The notes beneath the pieces are model-generated. The model was not told the origin of the DNA. It saw only the letters and a list, made by a program, of their open reading frames with translations, and made no database searches. A DNA stretch of 64,000 nt from an uncultured delta proteobacterium (GTDB taxonomy: Bacteria > Desulfobacterota > Binatia > Binatales > Binataceae). The stretch covers positions 2,912,001 through 2,976,000 of the forward strand of contig CAWJET010000001.1 in NCBI GenBank assembly GCA_963842085.1. The letters run 5' to 3'. The translations under genes and the position numbers were made by a program. Of this stretch, positions 28,969 through 38,377 are shown in pieces (position 1 is the stretch's first letter; each line of letters starts with the position of its first letter).

Positions 28969-30176
28969 GTAACCTCGCCTTTCTCTCCCCGCGTTTTTCT
29001 CACACACGCGCGATAGAGCGCGAGCGTCCGCGCCGTCATCTTCTGCATCGAGTAATTATCCACGACGCGCGCCCGCGCCGCCGCGCCCATCTGTGATCTG
29101 AACTGCGCCGATTCCGTCATCCTGCCAATCGCCGACGCAATTTCTTGAGGGCGCGCCGGCGGCACGATGATTCCGGTGCGCTCGTTTAGCACCACTTCAC
29201 GCAGCCCGCCAACGTCGCTCGCGATCACGGGAAGCGCGCTCGCCATGGCTTCCAGGGCGGCCACCCCGAGTCCCTCCTTCAGCGACGGCATCGCGAAGAC
29301 GTCGGACGCCCACAGCAGTTCGCACGCGTCGTCGATTCTGCCGAGCAGCGTGACGCGTTCGGCGCACCCAGCTTTCGCGATTTCGCGTTCGAGCTCTCCG
29401 CGAATCGATCCGTGGCCGGCAATGAAACATTTCAGCTTGATCGACGACCCCGTTGCCGCAAGCTGCGCAATCGCTTCGATGAGATAACGGTGGCCCTTGC
29501 GCGGCTCGAGCGCGCCAACGGCCGATATCACGAACTCGCCAGACGAAATTCCGAGCGCTATCCGCGCATGGACGCGTTCCTCCGCCGTTGGCGGGCGGTA
29601 GCGGTTGCAGTCCACGCCGCTTTGAACCACGGTAACGCGCCCGCGATCTACGCCCGCGGCCGCAAGCGAATCGGCAACGCCGCCCGAGATCGCGATCACA
29701 CCGTCGACCACGCGATTGAACAGGTACGGCGCGAACACGCGATTGGGCCGGTAGTCCATCCGCCGCGTGACGACCAGCGCGCTGCCGAAGCCGCGCGCAA
29801 ACGGCGCCATCGAATGCGCGCGCGAGGTGTGGAAATGAACGACGTCGTAGCGTTCACGTTTTAGAATCGCGCGCAGGCGGATGCCGGCTGCCAGATCGAC
29901 CGCGTTGCGGATGCGGATCGGATGACACCTGATTCCCGCGGCGTTCGCTTGCTCCCAGAGCCGCCCCGCGGGATCGCAAATCAGCTCCGCGCGATGACCG
30001 CCTGAGGCCAGCGCCCGCGTCAATCCCAACACCTGCGTCTCGCCCCCGGCGAAGCCGAGCTCGGGATCGACGCCCACCACGCTCAGCTTCAGGGCGTCAA
30101 CCGTGTTTCTATCGGTAGGCACTTGGATGGTGTCGTCGTGTTGAACTACCTGCGTCATATTACAGTTTGATCGCAT
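28965..30176 (-). CDS. Glycosyltransferase family 4 (start 30176 or 30158)
   Basis: GGETQV, KGHRYLIEA, PSLKEGLGVAALEAMASALPVIASDVGG. Confidence 0.9.
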   Translation of the reverse strand: MRSNCNMTQVVQHDDTIQVPTDRNTVDALKLSVVGVDPELGFAGGETQVLGLTRALASGGHRAELICDPAGRLWEQANAAGIRCHPIRIRNAVDLAAGIRLRAILKRERYDVVHFHTSRAHSMAPFARGFGSALVVTRRMDYRPNRVFAPYLFNRVVDGVIAISGGVADSLAAAGVDRGRVTVVQSGVDCNRYRPPTAEERVHARIALGISSGEFVISAVGALEPRKGHRYLIEAIAQLAATGSSIKLKCFIAGHGSIRGELEREIAKAGCAERVTLLGRIDDACELLWASDVFAMPSLKEGLGVAALEAMASALPVIASDVGGLREVVLNERTGIIVPPARPQEIASAIGRMTESAQFRSQMGAAARARVVDNYSMQKMTARTLALYRACVRKTRGEKGEVT

Positions 30177-30868
30177 CAATCGAAAAATCTGTAATACAAG
30201 ATTGCGCACACCGCGGTCAGCGCGTCGCGAATGCCGATCTTCTTGCCCTCTTCGTAAGTTCGCCCCGAGTACGACACCGGCACTTCGTAGATTCGCCATC
30301 GCGCGCGCGCCGCCTTGGCGGTGATCTCGGGCTCGAAGGTGAAGCGGTTGGCGCTGAGCTTGAGCGTCATCAACTTCTCGCGCACGAAACCCTTCATCCC
30401 CGTTTCCATGTCGGTTAGGTTGAGATCGCTCACCATGTCGGACAGCAGCGTCACCGCGCGATTGGCCACGTAATGCCAGAAGAACATCACGCGATGCGGT
30501 CCGGAGAGAAAGCGCGAGCCGTAAACCATGTCGGCGCGCCCGTCGAGCAGCGGCCCGATCATCGCGGAATAGTCCCGCGGATCGTATTCGAGGTCGGCGT
30601 CCTGCACGAACACGTAAGGATTTTTCGCCGCCGCAAAGCCGAGCCGCAGCGCGGCGCCTTTGCCGCGATTGACGGCGTGAAAAAAACATTGCACGCGTGG
30701 ATGGCTGAACTCGCGCAGAAACCTGGTGGTGCCGTCCGTCGAAGCGTCGTCGACCACGATGATCTCGGGGTCCAGGCCGCAATCCAGCACTCGCTCGATG
30801 ACCCGCCCGATCGTCCCGACTTCGTTGTATACCGGAATCACCACGGAAATTTTCGTCCGCTCCGCCAT
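30176..30868 (-). CDS. Glycosyltransferase family 2, polyprenol-phosphate glycosyltransferase (DPM synthase-like)
   Basis: ISVVIPVYNE, VDDASTDGT, NRGKGAA, QDADLEYDP, VYGSRF, LTDMETG. Confidence 0.9.
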   Translation of the reverse strand: MAERTKISVVIPVYNEVGTIGRVIERVLDCGLDPEIIVVDDASTDGTTRFLREFSHPRVQCFFHAVNRGKGAALRLGFAAAKNPYVFVQDADLEYDPRDYSAMIGPLLDGRADMVYGSRFLSGPHRVMFFWHYVANRAVTLLSDMVSDLNLTDMETGMKGFVREKLMTLKLSANRFTFEPEITAKAARARWRIYEVPVSYSGRTYEEGKKIGIRDALTAVCAILYYRFFD

Positions 30869-31737
30869 CAGCCTCCGCTCGCCTCCCGATGCTGCCCGAG
30901 CGACGACGCGGCGCCGGCCGCCTTTGCGGCGTCCTTGCGTGCGAGCGCCATTCTGGCCGCCAGCATCGCGGCGACGCGGCGGCGTTCAGCCCGCCGGCCT
31001 TGCGCGGACAACTGCGCGGAGTAGCCGCACCACACGCGCATCCGATCCGTATTCGTGACGCCGCCGACCTCGAGATGCCCCAGTTGAACGAGATTGCGCA
31101 TCCGCGGCCGCTCGAAGCGGCTAAGGATGGTGCGGCGGGTGCGTTCATGATCGATGAAAACGAATTGGGGCGGCTCCAGTCCGGTGACGAAGATATTGTA
31201 CGGCGTCAGGTCGCCGTGGATGTAGCCCGCGCGATGCAGGCGCGCGACCTCGGCGCCGAGCGCGCGCAACACGGCGCGCCTGGCTGCGAGCTTCGCCCGC
31301 TTCAGATGGCGCACAACGTTAAAACCCTCGACCCGCGCGGTCACTATGATCTCGCGGCCGCCGCGACGTTCGGCGCCGAGCAGCAGAATCTCCGCTACTC
31401 CCAGTCCGTCGGCCCGCAAATGCTCCGAGATTGACGCTACATGCGCGGCGCGCCTGCGCTTGAATATCCACCGGATTCGATTCAGCCCGCGGATCGGGTC
31501 GAGCACCTTGAAGTAGGCGTCCGGACCCCCGGCATCTGCGAAATGCTCGAACCACGTCTCGGCGTGACGCGAACGCCGTACGCGAGTCGCCAACGTGCCG
31601 TCGATTGCGCCAAACGCGGAATCGATCAGCTTCTCGCGCTGCTCCTCTGAAAATCGCGCGTCGTAGCCCGGGATGAAGAAGCTCCATCCGCCGCGCGTCA
31701 ACGGCACTCCGTCCAGGCCCGCCGTCCACCAGCTCAT
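30868..31737 (-). CDS. LPS kinase (InaA/WaaP/Kdo family)
   Basis: RLHRAGYIHGDLTPYNI, FIDHER; next to a heptosyltransferase. Confidence 0.78.
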   Translation of the reverse strand: MSWWTAGLDGVPLTRGGWSFFIPGYDARFSEEQREKLIDSAFGAIDGTLATRVRRSRHAETWFEHFADAGGPDAYFKVLDPIRGLNRIRWIFKRRRAAHVASISEHLRADGLGVAEILLLGAERRGGREIIVTARVEGFNVVRHLKRAKLAARRAVLRALGAEVARLHRAGYIHGDLTPYNIFVTGLEPPQFVFIDHERTRRTILSRFERPRMRNLVQLGHLEVGGVTNTDRMRVWCGYSAQLSAQGRRAERRRVAAMLAARMALARKDAAKAAGAASSLGQHREASGG

Positions 31738-32804
31738 CGCGGCGCCTCACGCATCGCGAGCGCCCGCCTCACGGTCACGCTCACTTCCTCGGGTGATATT
31801 CGCCGCATGCATTCGCGCCCGATCGGGCATTGACGAAGATAGCAGGGATGGCACGGGATCGCGCCGCTGATTGCGAGCTCGGCGAAGCCCCACGGCGCGG
31901 AGCGCTCTGCCGCGGTGGCGCCCCACAGCGACACCACCGGGCATCCCACGGCGGCCGCGATATGCATCGGGCCGGAGTCCGGTCCGAACGCGACCGCGCA
32001 TTCGGCAAAGATCGCGATCAGATCGCGGATCGAGGTGCGTCCGGCCAGGTTGAGCGCTGGCACGCCGTCGAGGTGGCGCATGACTTCGGCGGCAAGTTTG
32101 GTTTCGTCGGGACCGCCGAGCAACACGGGGAAAAGCGCGGGACTGCCGGCGTCCGGGCACATGACTCTGCGAATTACCGCGGCCGTCGATTCGGGAAAGT
32201 AGATGCGGCTCGGCCACGACGAGCCAAGAATCACCGCCAGAAGAGGACGCGGCGCATCGCGCAGCATCTCGAGCGCGCGGGCGCGTTCATCGTCCGCCGC
32301 GGCGAGCCCGAATTCGATCGGCGATCGCGCCAGGCCGAGCGCGTCGCCGAACGCCTGGTACTGCTCGAGCTTCAGGCGCATGTTTGGCTGTGGTGCGATC
32401 CGATGATTCGAAAAAAGATAGTTGAACTCCTTGGTGTTCGGCGCGGCGAAGCCAAAACGATTGCGGGCGCCCGAGGCCAGCGACGTGAATCCGCTTTTGA
32501 GATGACGCTGAAGATCCAGCACCAGGTCGAAGTGCCCTTTGCGAATCCGCCACAGAAACGGAAGGAACGTCCACGGCGCGTGCGCGCGCTCGTACACGAT
32601 GATTTCATCGAGCCAGCGCTGGCGCTCGAGTACCGCCTTCGACTTGGGTTCCACCGCCCATGCGATGTGCGCGTCGGGCCACGCGCTGCGAATTCGCCCG
32701 AGCAATGGCAACGCGCGAACCACGTCGCCGATCGCGCCCAGCAGCACGATCAACACTCGATGCGGCGGCGCGATTTGCGGGCCGATGGCTTCAGGAGAGG
32801 ACAT
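31734..32804 (-). CDS. Glycosyltransferase family 9 (heptosyltransferase WaaC/WaaF-like)
   Basis: LGAIGDVV, LDLQ..LKS, NLAGRTS, DSGPMHIAAA, CHPC...C...C tail. Confidence 0.9.
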   Translation of the reverse strand: MSSPEAIGPQIAPPHRVLIVLLGAIGDVVRALPLLGRIRSAWPDAHIAWAVEPKSKAVLERQRWLDEIIVYERAHAPWTFLPFLWRIRKGHFDLVLDLQRHLKSGFTSLASGARNRFGFAAPNTKEFNYLFSNHRIAPQPNMRLKLEQYQAFGDALGLARSPIEFGLAAADDERARALEMLRDAPRPLLAVILGSSWPSRIYFPESTAAVIRRVMCPDAGSPALFPVLLGGPDETKLAAEVMRHLDGVPALNLAGRTSIRDLIAIFAECAVAFGPDSGPMHIAAAVGCPVVSLWGATAAERSAPWGFAELAISGAIPCHPCYLRQCPIGRECMRRISPEEVSVTVRRALAMREAPR

Positions 32805-32947
32805 CTTGCGACTGGTCGTGGCCGGCTTCAGCTCCAGTGCTCGATGATAACGACGCGCACCGGCGCCGCAAAGAGCGTCCGCGCAATTGTTCGCGGCCGC
32901 GACGGCGTAACCGTAGCGGAGGCGTCAGGAAGACCTACGCCTCAATC

Positions 32948-33062
32948 GTCATCCTGACGACCCGAGCAACGCGAACGGCAAGCTGTCACCCTGACCGAAG
33001 GAAGCAACGCGACCGGAGGGTAGGGTCTCGGACAGCTTCGCGCCAGCGAAGCCGGTACCGGT
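32948..33062 (+). repeat. Intergenic ~80 bp palindromic repeat family A (partial copy plus full copy)
   Basis: TGTCACCCTGACCGAAG...TCTCGGACAGCTTCGCGCCAGCGAAGCCGGTACCGGT from 32984, preceded by a partial GTCATCCTGACG...GAGCAACGCGA; matches copies at 51288, 51421, 52544 and 58881 (minus strand). Confidence 0.85.
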
Positions 33063-33146
33063 CTCTTAGTCGCCGCTTCCGTCCTTCGATTCGGCGACGC
33101 TGGTACGAAAGACGTTTGCAATCGGCGGCGAGCAGGTGACCTGCCG

Positions 33147-34361
33147 CTAGCGGTCGCACTCTCCGCCGATCATGTTGATCATCCCGAAGGTCGTGATGAT
33201 GTCCGCGATCATGCGGCCGATGAGCATCTTGTTGAGCGCGCCCATGCCGAGAAAGCATGGCGGCCGCACCCGCACCCGATACGGCCGCCCGCTGCCGTCG
33301 CTCACGACGTAAAAGCCCAACTCGCCGTTGGCGCCCTCGACCGCCTGGTACACCTCGCCGGCGGGCACGTGGATGCCCTCCATGATCAGCTTGAAGTGGT
33401 TCATCAAGCCTTCGATCGAGTTGTACACCTTCTCTTTCGCAGGCAGCACGACTTTGGGATCGGTGATCGTGACTGGCCCTTCGGGCAGCGCCGCGAGCGC
33501 CTGCTCGATGATTCGCTTCGACTGGTACATCTCCTGGAAGCGCACGTTGAAGCGATCGTAGTTGTCACCGCGGTCGCCCGTCGGCACCTCGAACTCCATC
33601 CTGTCGTACACCAGGTACGGATGCGCCTTGCGAACGTCGTACGACACGCCCGACGCGCGCAGCAGCGGACCGGTCAGCCCGTATGAGATTGCCTGTTCCT
33701 TCGGGAAGCTCCCGACTCCTGCCATCCGGTCGATGAACACCCGGTTGCGCGACAGCAGCTTGTCGCAGTCGCTGAGCACCTGCTCGAGCCGCGCGAACGA
33801 CGCCTTCATCCGCTCCGCGAAGTCCGCGGGCAGGTCATGCGTCATGCCGCCGACGCGGCACCATGTCACAGTGAGCCGCGCTCCCGTCACCGCCTCGATC
33901 AGATCGTAGAGAAACTCGCGCGCTTCCAGCATGTAGAACGCAACCGTCGTCGCGCCGACCTCGCTTGCCGCCATCCCCAGGCACGTCAGGTGGTCGGCGA
34001 TGCGCGCGACTTCGCTCATGATCATCCGCACGTACTTGCATCGCTCGGTCGTGTCGATGCCGAGCAGGCGCTCGACCGCGAGCGCGAAGCCGACGTTGTT
34101 GATGCACGGCGACGCGTAATTCAGCCGGTCGGTGTACGGAAAGCATTGCGTCCAGGTCCCCTGCTCGCACATCTTTTCGAATCCGCGATGCAGGAAGCCG
34201 ACTTCGACGTCGCAATCGACGATCCGCTCGCCGTCGAGCTTGAGGTTGAACTTGATGGTGCCGTGCGACGCCGGATGCGACGGCCCCATCTGCAGTTCCA
34301 TAATCTCGTCGGACGCATCCGACGGTACGATTTTGTCCTTCCAGCGCGCCGGTAGTGCCAT
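33147..34361 (-). CDS. nuoD: NADH-quinone oxidoreductase subunit D
   Basis: MGPSHPASHG, GFLHRGFEK, DRLNY, GPLLRASGV, EGANGELG, C-terminal GECDR. Confidence 0.95.
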   Translation of the reverse strand: MALPARWKDKIVPSDASDEIMELQMGPSHPASHGTIKFNLKLDGERIVDCDVEVGFLHRGFEKMCEQGTWTQCFPYTDRLNYASPCINNVGFALAVERLLGIDTTERCKYVRMIMSEVARIADHLTCLGMAASEVGATTVAFYMLEAREFLYDLIEAVTGARLTVTWCRVGGMTHDLPADFAERMKASFARLEQVLSDCDKLLSRNRVFIDRMAGVGSFPKEQAISYGLTGPLLRASGVSYDVRKAHPYLVYDRMEFEVPTGDRGDNYDRFNVRFQEMYQSKRIIEQALAALPEGPVTITDPKVVLPAKEKVYNSIEGLMNHFKLIMEGIHVPAGEVYQAVEGANGELGFYVVSDGSGRPYRVRVRPPCFLGMGALNKMLIGRMIADIITTFGMINMIGGECDR

Positions 34362-34383
34362 GGCTGGTATCGCGTCGTGTCCC

Positions 34384-34884
34384 TTAGCGCGAGGAGCGAA
34401 TCGGATGCACGACCGGGTCGATCTCCGCGACGATTGGTTGGCGTTTGTTGTAGAGGTAGTCCTTGCGCAGCGGATGACCCTCGAACGAATCGTACATGAG
34501 GATGCGCCGCAAATCGGGATGCCCCTTGAACACAATCCCGAACATGTCGAAGCATTCGCGCTCGAGCCAGTCCGCCGCGCCCCACAGTCCCACCACGCTG
34601 TGCACCCACGGCTCGGCGCCGTCCACGCCAATCTTGACGCGGAGGCGATGGCCGCGCGTGAGCGAGTTCAACTGATAGACGACGTCGAAGCGCGGCGTGC
34701 GCTCCAGCCAATCGACGGCCGTCAAATCGGTCAGAACATTGAATTCGAAGTCCGGTTCGTCGCGTAGCGCGCGAAAGAAATCTTGGGCGCCTTCGCGCTC
34801 GATGGTGACAGTTTCCTCGTCGCGCTCATTCTGCGCGCTGACAATTTCGCCGCCGAAGCGTGCTCTCAGTTTTTCTATCAGCAT
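34384..34884 (-). CDS. nuoC: NADH-quinone oxidoreductase subunit C
   Basis: DLTAVD, ADWLERECFDMFGIVFKGHPDLRRIL, GHPLRKDY. Confidence 0.95.
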   Translation of the reverse strand: MLIEKLRARFGGEIVSAQNERDEETVTIEREGAQDFFRALRDEPDFEFNVLTDLTAVDWLERTPRFDVVYQLNSLTRGHRLRVKIGVDGAEPWVHSVVGLWGAADWLERECFDMFGIVFKGHPDLRRILMYDSFEGHPLRKDYLYNKRQPIVAEIDPVVHPIRSSR

Positions 34885-34893
34885 CGCTCGCCG

Positions 34894-35247
34894 CTAGTCC
34901 CAATCGAGCGCGCCGCGCTGCCATGCGTACAGCAGCCCGACGCAGAGAATCGCAATGAAGATGAACGCCTCGACGAAGCCGAACATTCCGAGGTACCGCA
35001 ACTCGACCGCCCACGGATACAGAAAAATCACCTCGACGTCGAACAGCAGAAACAGGATTGCGGTCAGGTAAAAGCGCACCGAGAACCGCCCCCACGCCGA
35101 GCCGCTCGGCGGGTTGCCGCATTCGAAGGCTTCGCTCTTGATCTCGCCGGGACGCTTCGGCCCAATCAGCATGTTGATCGTGCACATCACGCCCACGATC
35201 GCGCCGGCAACAATCAGCGTCACAGCCACCGGAAACCAGGTTGTCAT
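34894..35247 (-). CDS. nuoA: NADH-quinone oxidoreductase subunit A
   Basis: FECG, FYLTAILFLLFDVEVIFLYPWA, WQRGALDWD. Confidence 0.95.
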   Translation of the reverse strand: MTTWFPVAVTLIVAGAIVGVMCTINMLIGPKRPGEIKSEAFECGNPPSGSAWGRFSVRFYLTAILFLLFDVEVIFLYPWAVELRYLGMFGFVEAFIFIAILCVGLLYAWQRGALDWD

Positions 35248-35343
35248 TCTCGCTCCACCCTGCAAGTGCTTCTTATCTTCATATGAATACCCGATGAGCG
35301 TGTCTTTTGGAACGGTCGCGATTTTCGCGTGCTGGTTTGGGGC

Positions 35344-35575
35344 TGAACTATTCAGCCTGACGCCGGCGGATTTGGCGTGCTATGCGTATGGTATGTGCGA
35401 CCATCACGATGTTCCATGCTCGATTGGGCTCGCCAGAAATCGGGCGACCCCCAGTCTCTGGCAGAAACAATTTTTGACGGAACGAAGCTAGCCTTGGTAT
35501 CGGAGCCGTCCCAAAACCACAACGGAGGGTATGAATTGCTCTTTCCGCCTGCATTCGATCGGTCAGAATCGCGCC
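35344..35575 (+). repeat. Dispersed ~230 bp element B, copy 1 (promoter-like region, 32-aa small ORF 35393-35491, conserved stem)
   Basis: Aligns colinearly with 52677-52909; shared blocks TTTTGACGGAACGAA, CGTCCCAAAACCACAA, GGTATGAATTG and CATTCG lie at identical offsets from the ATG. Confidence 0.8.
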
Positions 35576-35881
35576 AACCGCTTGTCCGAAGTGCCTGCGA
35601 ATGCCTCCGGTTGCCCCTTCGGAGGATTAGTTCAACGCTTCGCTAGCCTGAATTGGCGGCGTTGAATAGCCCTGAACGATCGTTTAATTCCGGTCATGCG
35701 GTCACAAAATGGCGAAATTCTTCAGACAAATGCTGCAACTTCAGCCGCGGCCGTTTTTCGATTATTATTGCTATTGACCATTTCAAGCCGTCGGGCTAAT
35801 GACCAACGGTAGAGTGTTAAGGGATTGTTGCGGGACCTAATTCCAGACGCCGGCAGATATTTGCCGAAAGAAGGAGCGAAC

Positions 35882-37201
35882 ATGAATCGCGCAATCGGAT
35901 GGGGAAGATGGTGCCTCGGAACTCTCGGTGCGTTGCTGCTGGTGATGGCGATTTCCAACGCGCCGGCATCGGCTCAGGTAAAACCGGGTGATTTCATTAC
36001 CCCTGACAACGCTTCCACAGTGAAGGACCTCCTTTCCCCGGGACAGTACCTGCGAGTGCTCCACGGAATGACCATCAAGGTCGTGCCAACCGAGCGTATC
36101 GATTGGCCGCCCCCTTACAAGGATGCAACCGAGAAGTACTCGAGCCAGGTCCGGCTGACCCCCGACCATCGCAGCCTGGTTGGCTACGTCGCCGGCGAGC
36201 CGTTCCCAATCGTTGACACCAACGATCCCGACGCCGGCACCAAGGTGATGTGGAACGTGGCGTTCCGTCCGATCTCCAGCGACGAGTACGATCTGCGTTG
36301 GTTTGACTGCGACAGCGTGTACTGGGGCAAAAACGCGCCGTTCCGTGAAATCACCGACATCGAAATCGGCCACTACGCCGGCTACAACGAAGTCGGACGC
36401 ACCGAAGTCGATCCGCTGCCGATCGATCCCGACTTCAAAGTTACCGGCCGCTATTTTCTCGGGCTGCTCTACCCTGTGCTCGCGCCGCAGTCTGACCGTG
36501 GGACAGGAATAATCAAGTTCCGCTACGCCAATCCGAATGTCGACGACGCCGCCTGGACTTGGACGCCCGGCGCTCGCCGTGTCCGCCGCCTGAACTACGC
36601 TATTCTCGACACGGCCAGCGGACCGCAGGCCTACGACCCTAATCATTACGAAGGCTTCAGCGGCAAGAACGAGAACTACGACTGGAAGTTGCTCGGCGAG
36701 AAGACGATGCTCGGCGCAATCAACGTCGCAACCGTGCCCGACATTCGCTGTCCGACCGACGGCGGCGCCAGCCACTGCCCCGACAAGTGGCAGCTCCGTC
36801 ACGATTTCATCATCGAGGGTCGTCCGCGTCCCGGCCGCTTCAACTCGATCTATAGTCACGAAATCATGTACATCGATTCCGAAGCGGACTTCGTGATGTC
36901 CAACGACATGTACGATCGCGGCGGCGAGTTGTTCAACAACTACACGTCGTGGATGCACTATGCCGACCGCGCCGAGCCGGATGCCAGAATCGCGATCTAT
37001 CCGTTCAAGCGCGAGTTCCAGGTCGGTTCCTCGACCGTCAACGTGCAGAGCGGCTTCTCGAGCGTTTGCTATCATCCTTCGATGAATGCGCCGTCGCACG
37101 ACTCATGGTTTATCAACATGGGCTCGGTCGATCGCAGCTGGTTCACTTCCGAGCAAATGGCGCGCGCGGCCGAAGGCGGACACGCAATCTCGGGCGACTG
37201 A
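35882..37201 (+). CDS. DUF1329 family exported protein
   Basis: SD AAGGAG; signal peptide; KPGDFITPDN, YKDATEKY, GEPFP, AWTWTPGARRVRR, YDWKLLGEK, DMYDRGGEL. Confidence 0.85.
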   Translation: MNRAIGWGRWCLGTLGALLLVMAISNAPASAQVKPGDFITPDNASTVKDLLSPGQYLRVLHGMTIKVVPTERIDWPPPYKDATEKYSSQVRLTPDHRSLVGYVAGEPFPIVDTNDPDAGTKVMWNVAFRPISSDEYDLRWFDCDSVYWGKNAPFREITDIEIGHYAGYNEVGRTEVDPLPIDPDFKVTGRYFLGLLYPVLAPQSDRGTGIIKFRYANPNVDDAAWTWTPGARRVRRLNYAILDTASGPQAYDPNHYEGFSGKNENYDWKLLGEKTMLGAINVATVPDIRCPTDGGASHCPDKWQLRHDFIIEGRPRPGRFNSIYSHEIMYIDSEADFVMSNDMYDRGGELFNNYTSWMHYADRAEPDARIAIYPFKREFQVGSSTVNVQSGFSSVCYHPSMNAPSHDSWFINMGSVDRSWFTSEQMARAAEGGHAISGD

Positions 37202-37228
37202 GCTTTCGCACGACTCAGCCACGAAATG

Positions 37229-37269
37229 AACCGGTGCGGCCAGCGATGGCCGCGCCGGTTTTCTTTTTT
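37229..37269 (+). terminator. Rho-independent terminator
   Basis: AACCGGTGCGGCCA-gcga-TGGCCGCGCCGGTT followed by TTCTTTTTT, 28 nt after the DUF1329 stop. Confidence 0.88.
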
Positions 37270-37324
37270 CACTTGCGCTCGTCGTATCGCGCCACCGCCG
37301 CAGCGCCGCTAGAATCCACCTTCG

Positions 37325-38377
37325 ATGGATGACGGTGCGTTCGCAACCTGGGCGGCGGAGGCGCTCGCGCGGCGATGGCCGCGCGCGCGCGTCGACAACA
37401 TCGCCGCTCTCCGCGGCGACCTCTCGACTCGGCGTTTCTGGCGCGTCGCTATCGCGCCGCATGGCGAACGCACCGCGCCGTCCTCTGCCATCCTCGTCGA
37501 TCTCGGCCCCGACGACCTGCCCCGCTACGTCCGCGCACTGAACTTTCTCCCGGCGCCTGTCACCGAGCCGCCGTGGATCAATGTGCATCGGTTTCTCGAG
37601 TCGATCGGCACTCCCGTTCCTGCGCTCTATGACGCCGACCCCGCGCGGCGCGCGATGCTGGTGGAAGACGTCGGCCAACTCTCGCTGCTCGACGCTGTCC
37701 GCCGTCCTGGCGCCGACGCCGCCGATCTGTTCCGGCTGGCCGCCACCGAACTGCTTCGCCTTCATGTCGACGGCACCGCTCGAATCGATCATCGATGCAT
37801 CGCGCGGCAGATTGCGTACACCGGCCGGCTGTTCGAATGGGAGCTCAAGGAGTTCGTGGAAGTCGGTCTTTCCGCCGTCGCACCAGGCGCCGACTTTTCT
37901 CCGATCGCGCCCGAGCTCGCGATGCTGGCCGCGCGACTCGATCGGTTCCCACGCGTGTTCTCGCATCGCGACTACCATCGCGAAAACCTGTTCATCCAGA
38001 ACGGCCGGCGCATTCGCATCATAGACTTCCAGGACGCCCTGATGGCGCCCGCGGCGCAGGACCTCGCCGTGCTCCTGACCACGCGCGACACGGGCGAGAT
38101 GATCTCGCCCGCCATCGAGCGCCGTATCCTCGACTTCTACTGCGCCGGCCTCGCGCGGCGCGGCGCGCCCGTGCTCGACGCCGCCGAATTCATGTCAAGC
38201 TATCGCCTGTGCGTTCTGCAACACGCGCTCAAAATGATCGGGCGCTTCGAAATGTTCGAGCGGAGCGGCAAGACCGGGTACCGTCCCTACATTCCGCACG
38301 TGCTCGCACAGGCGCGCCGGATGCTCGCCGAAATGCGCCCCGACTTTCCCAAACTGTGCTCTGCGCTGACGCCATGA
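37325..38377 (+). CDS. amgK: Anomeric MurNAc/GlcNAc kinase (APH-like phosphotransferase)
   Basis: LRGDLSTRRFWR, LVEDVG, HRDYHRENL, IDFQDALMAP..DL; ATGA-coupled to a nucleotidyltransferase. Confidence 0.82.
   Translation: MDDGAFATWAAEALARRWPRARVDNIAALRGDLSTRRFWRVAIAPHGERTAPSSAILVDLGPDDLPRYVRALNFLPAPVTEPPWINVHRFLESIGTPVPALYDADPARRAMLVEDVGQLSLLDAVRRPGADAADLFRLAATELLRLHVDGTARIDHRCIARQIAYTGRLFEWELKEFVEVGLSAVAPGADFSPIAPELAMLAARLDRFPRVFSHRDYHRENLFIQNGRRIRIIDFQDALMAPAAQDLAVLLTTRDTGEMISPAIERRILDFYCAGLARRGAPVLDAAEFMSSYRLCVLQHALKMIGRFEMFERSGKTGYRPYIPHVLAQARRMLAEMRPDFPKLCSALTP

Noticed and set aside
35372-35386. Possible sigma-54 promoter TGGC...TGC in element B
   Set aside because: GG-to-GC spacing is 8 rather than 10 nt and the motif is not kept in the second copy.
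35377-35646. 89-aa and 97-aa ORFs (35377-35646, 52710-53003) as the product of element B
   Set aside because: They share residues only where the DNA is near-identical, start inside the predicted -10 region, and substitutions are not synonymous-biased in that frame. Not fully excluded.
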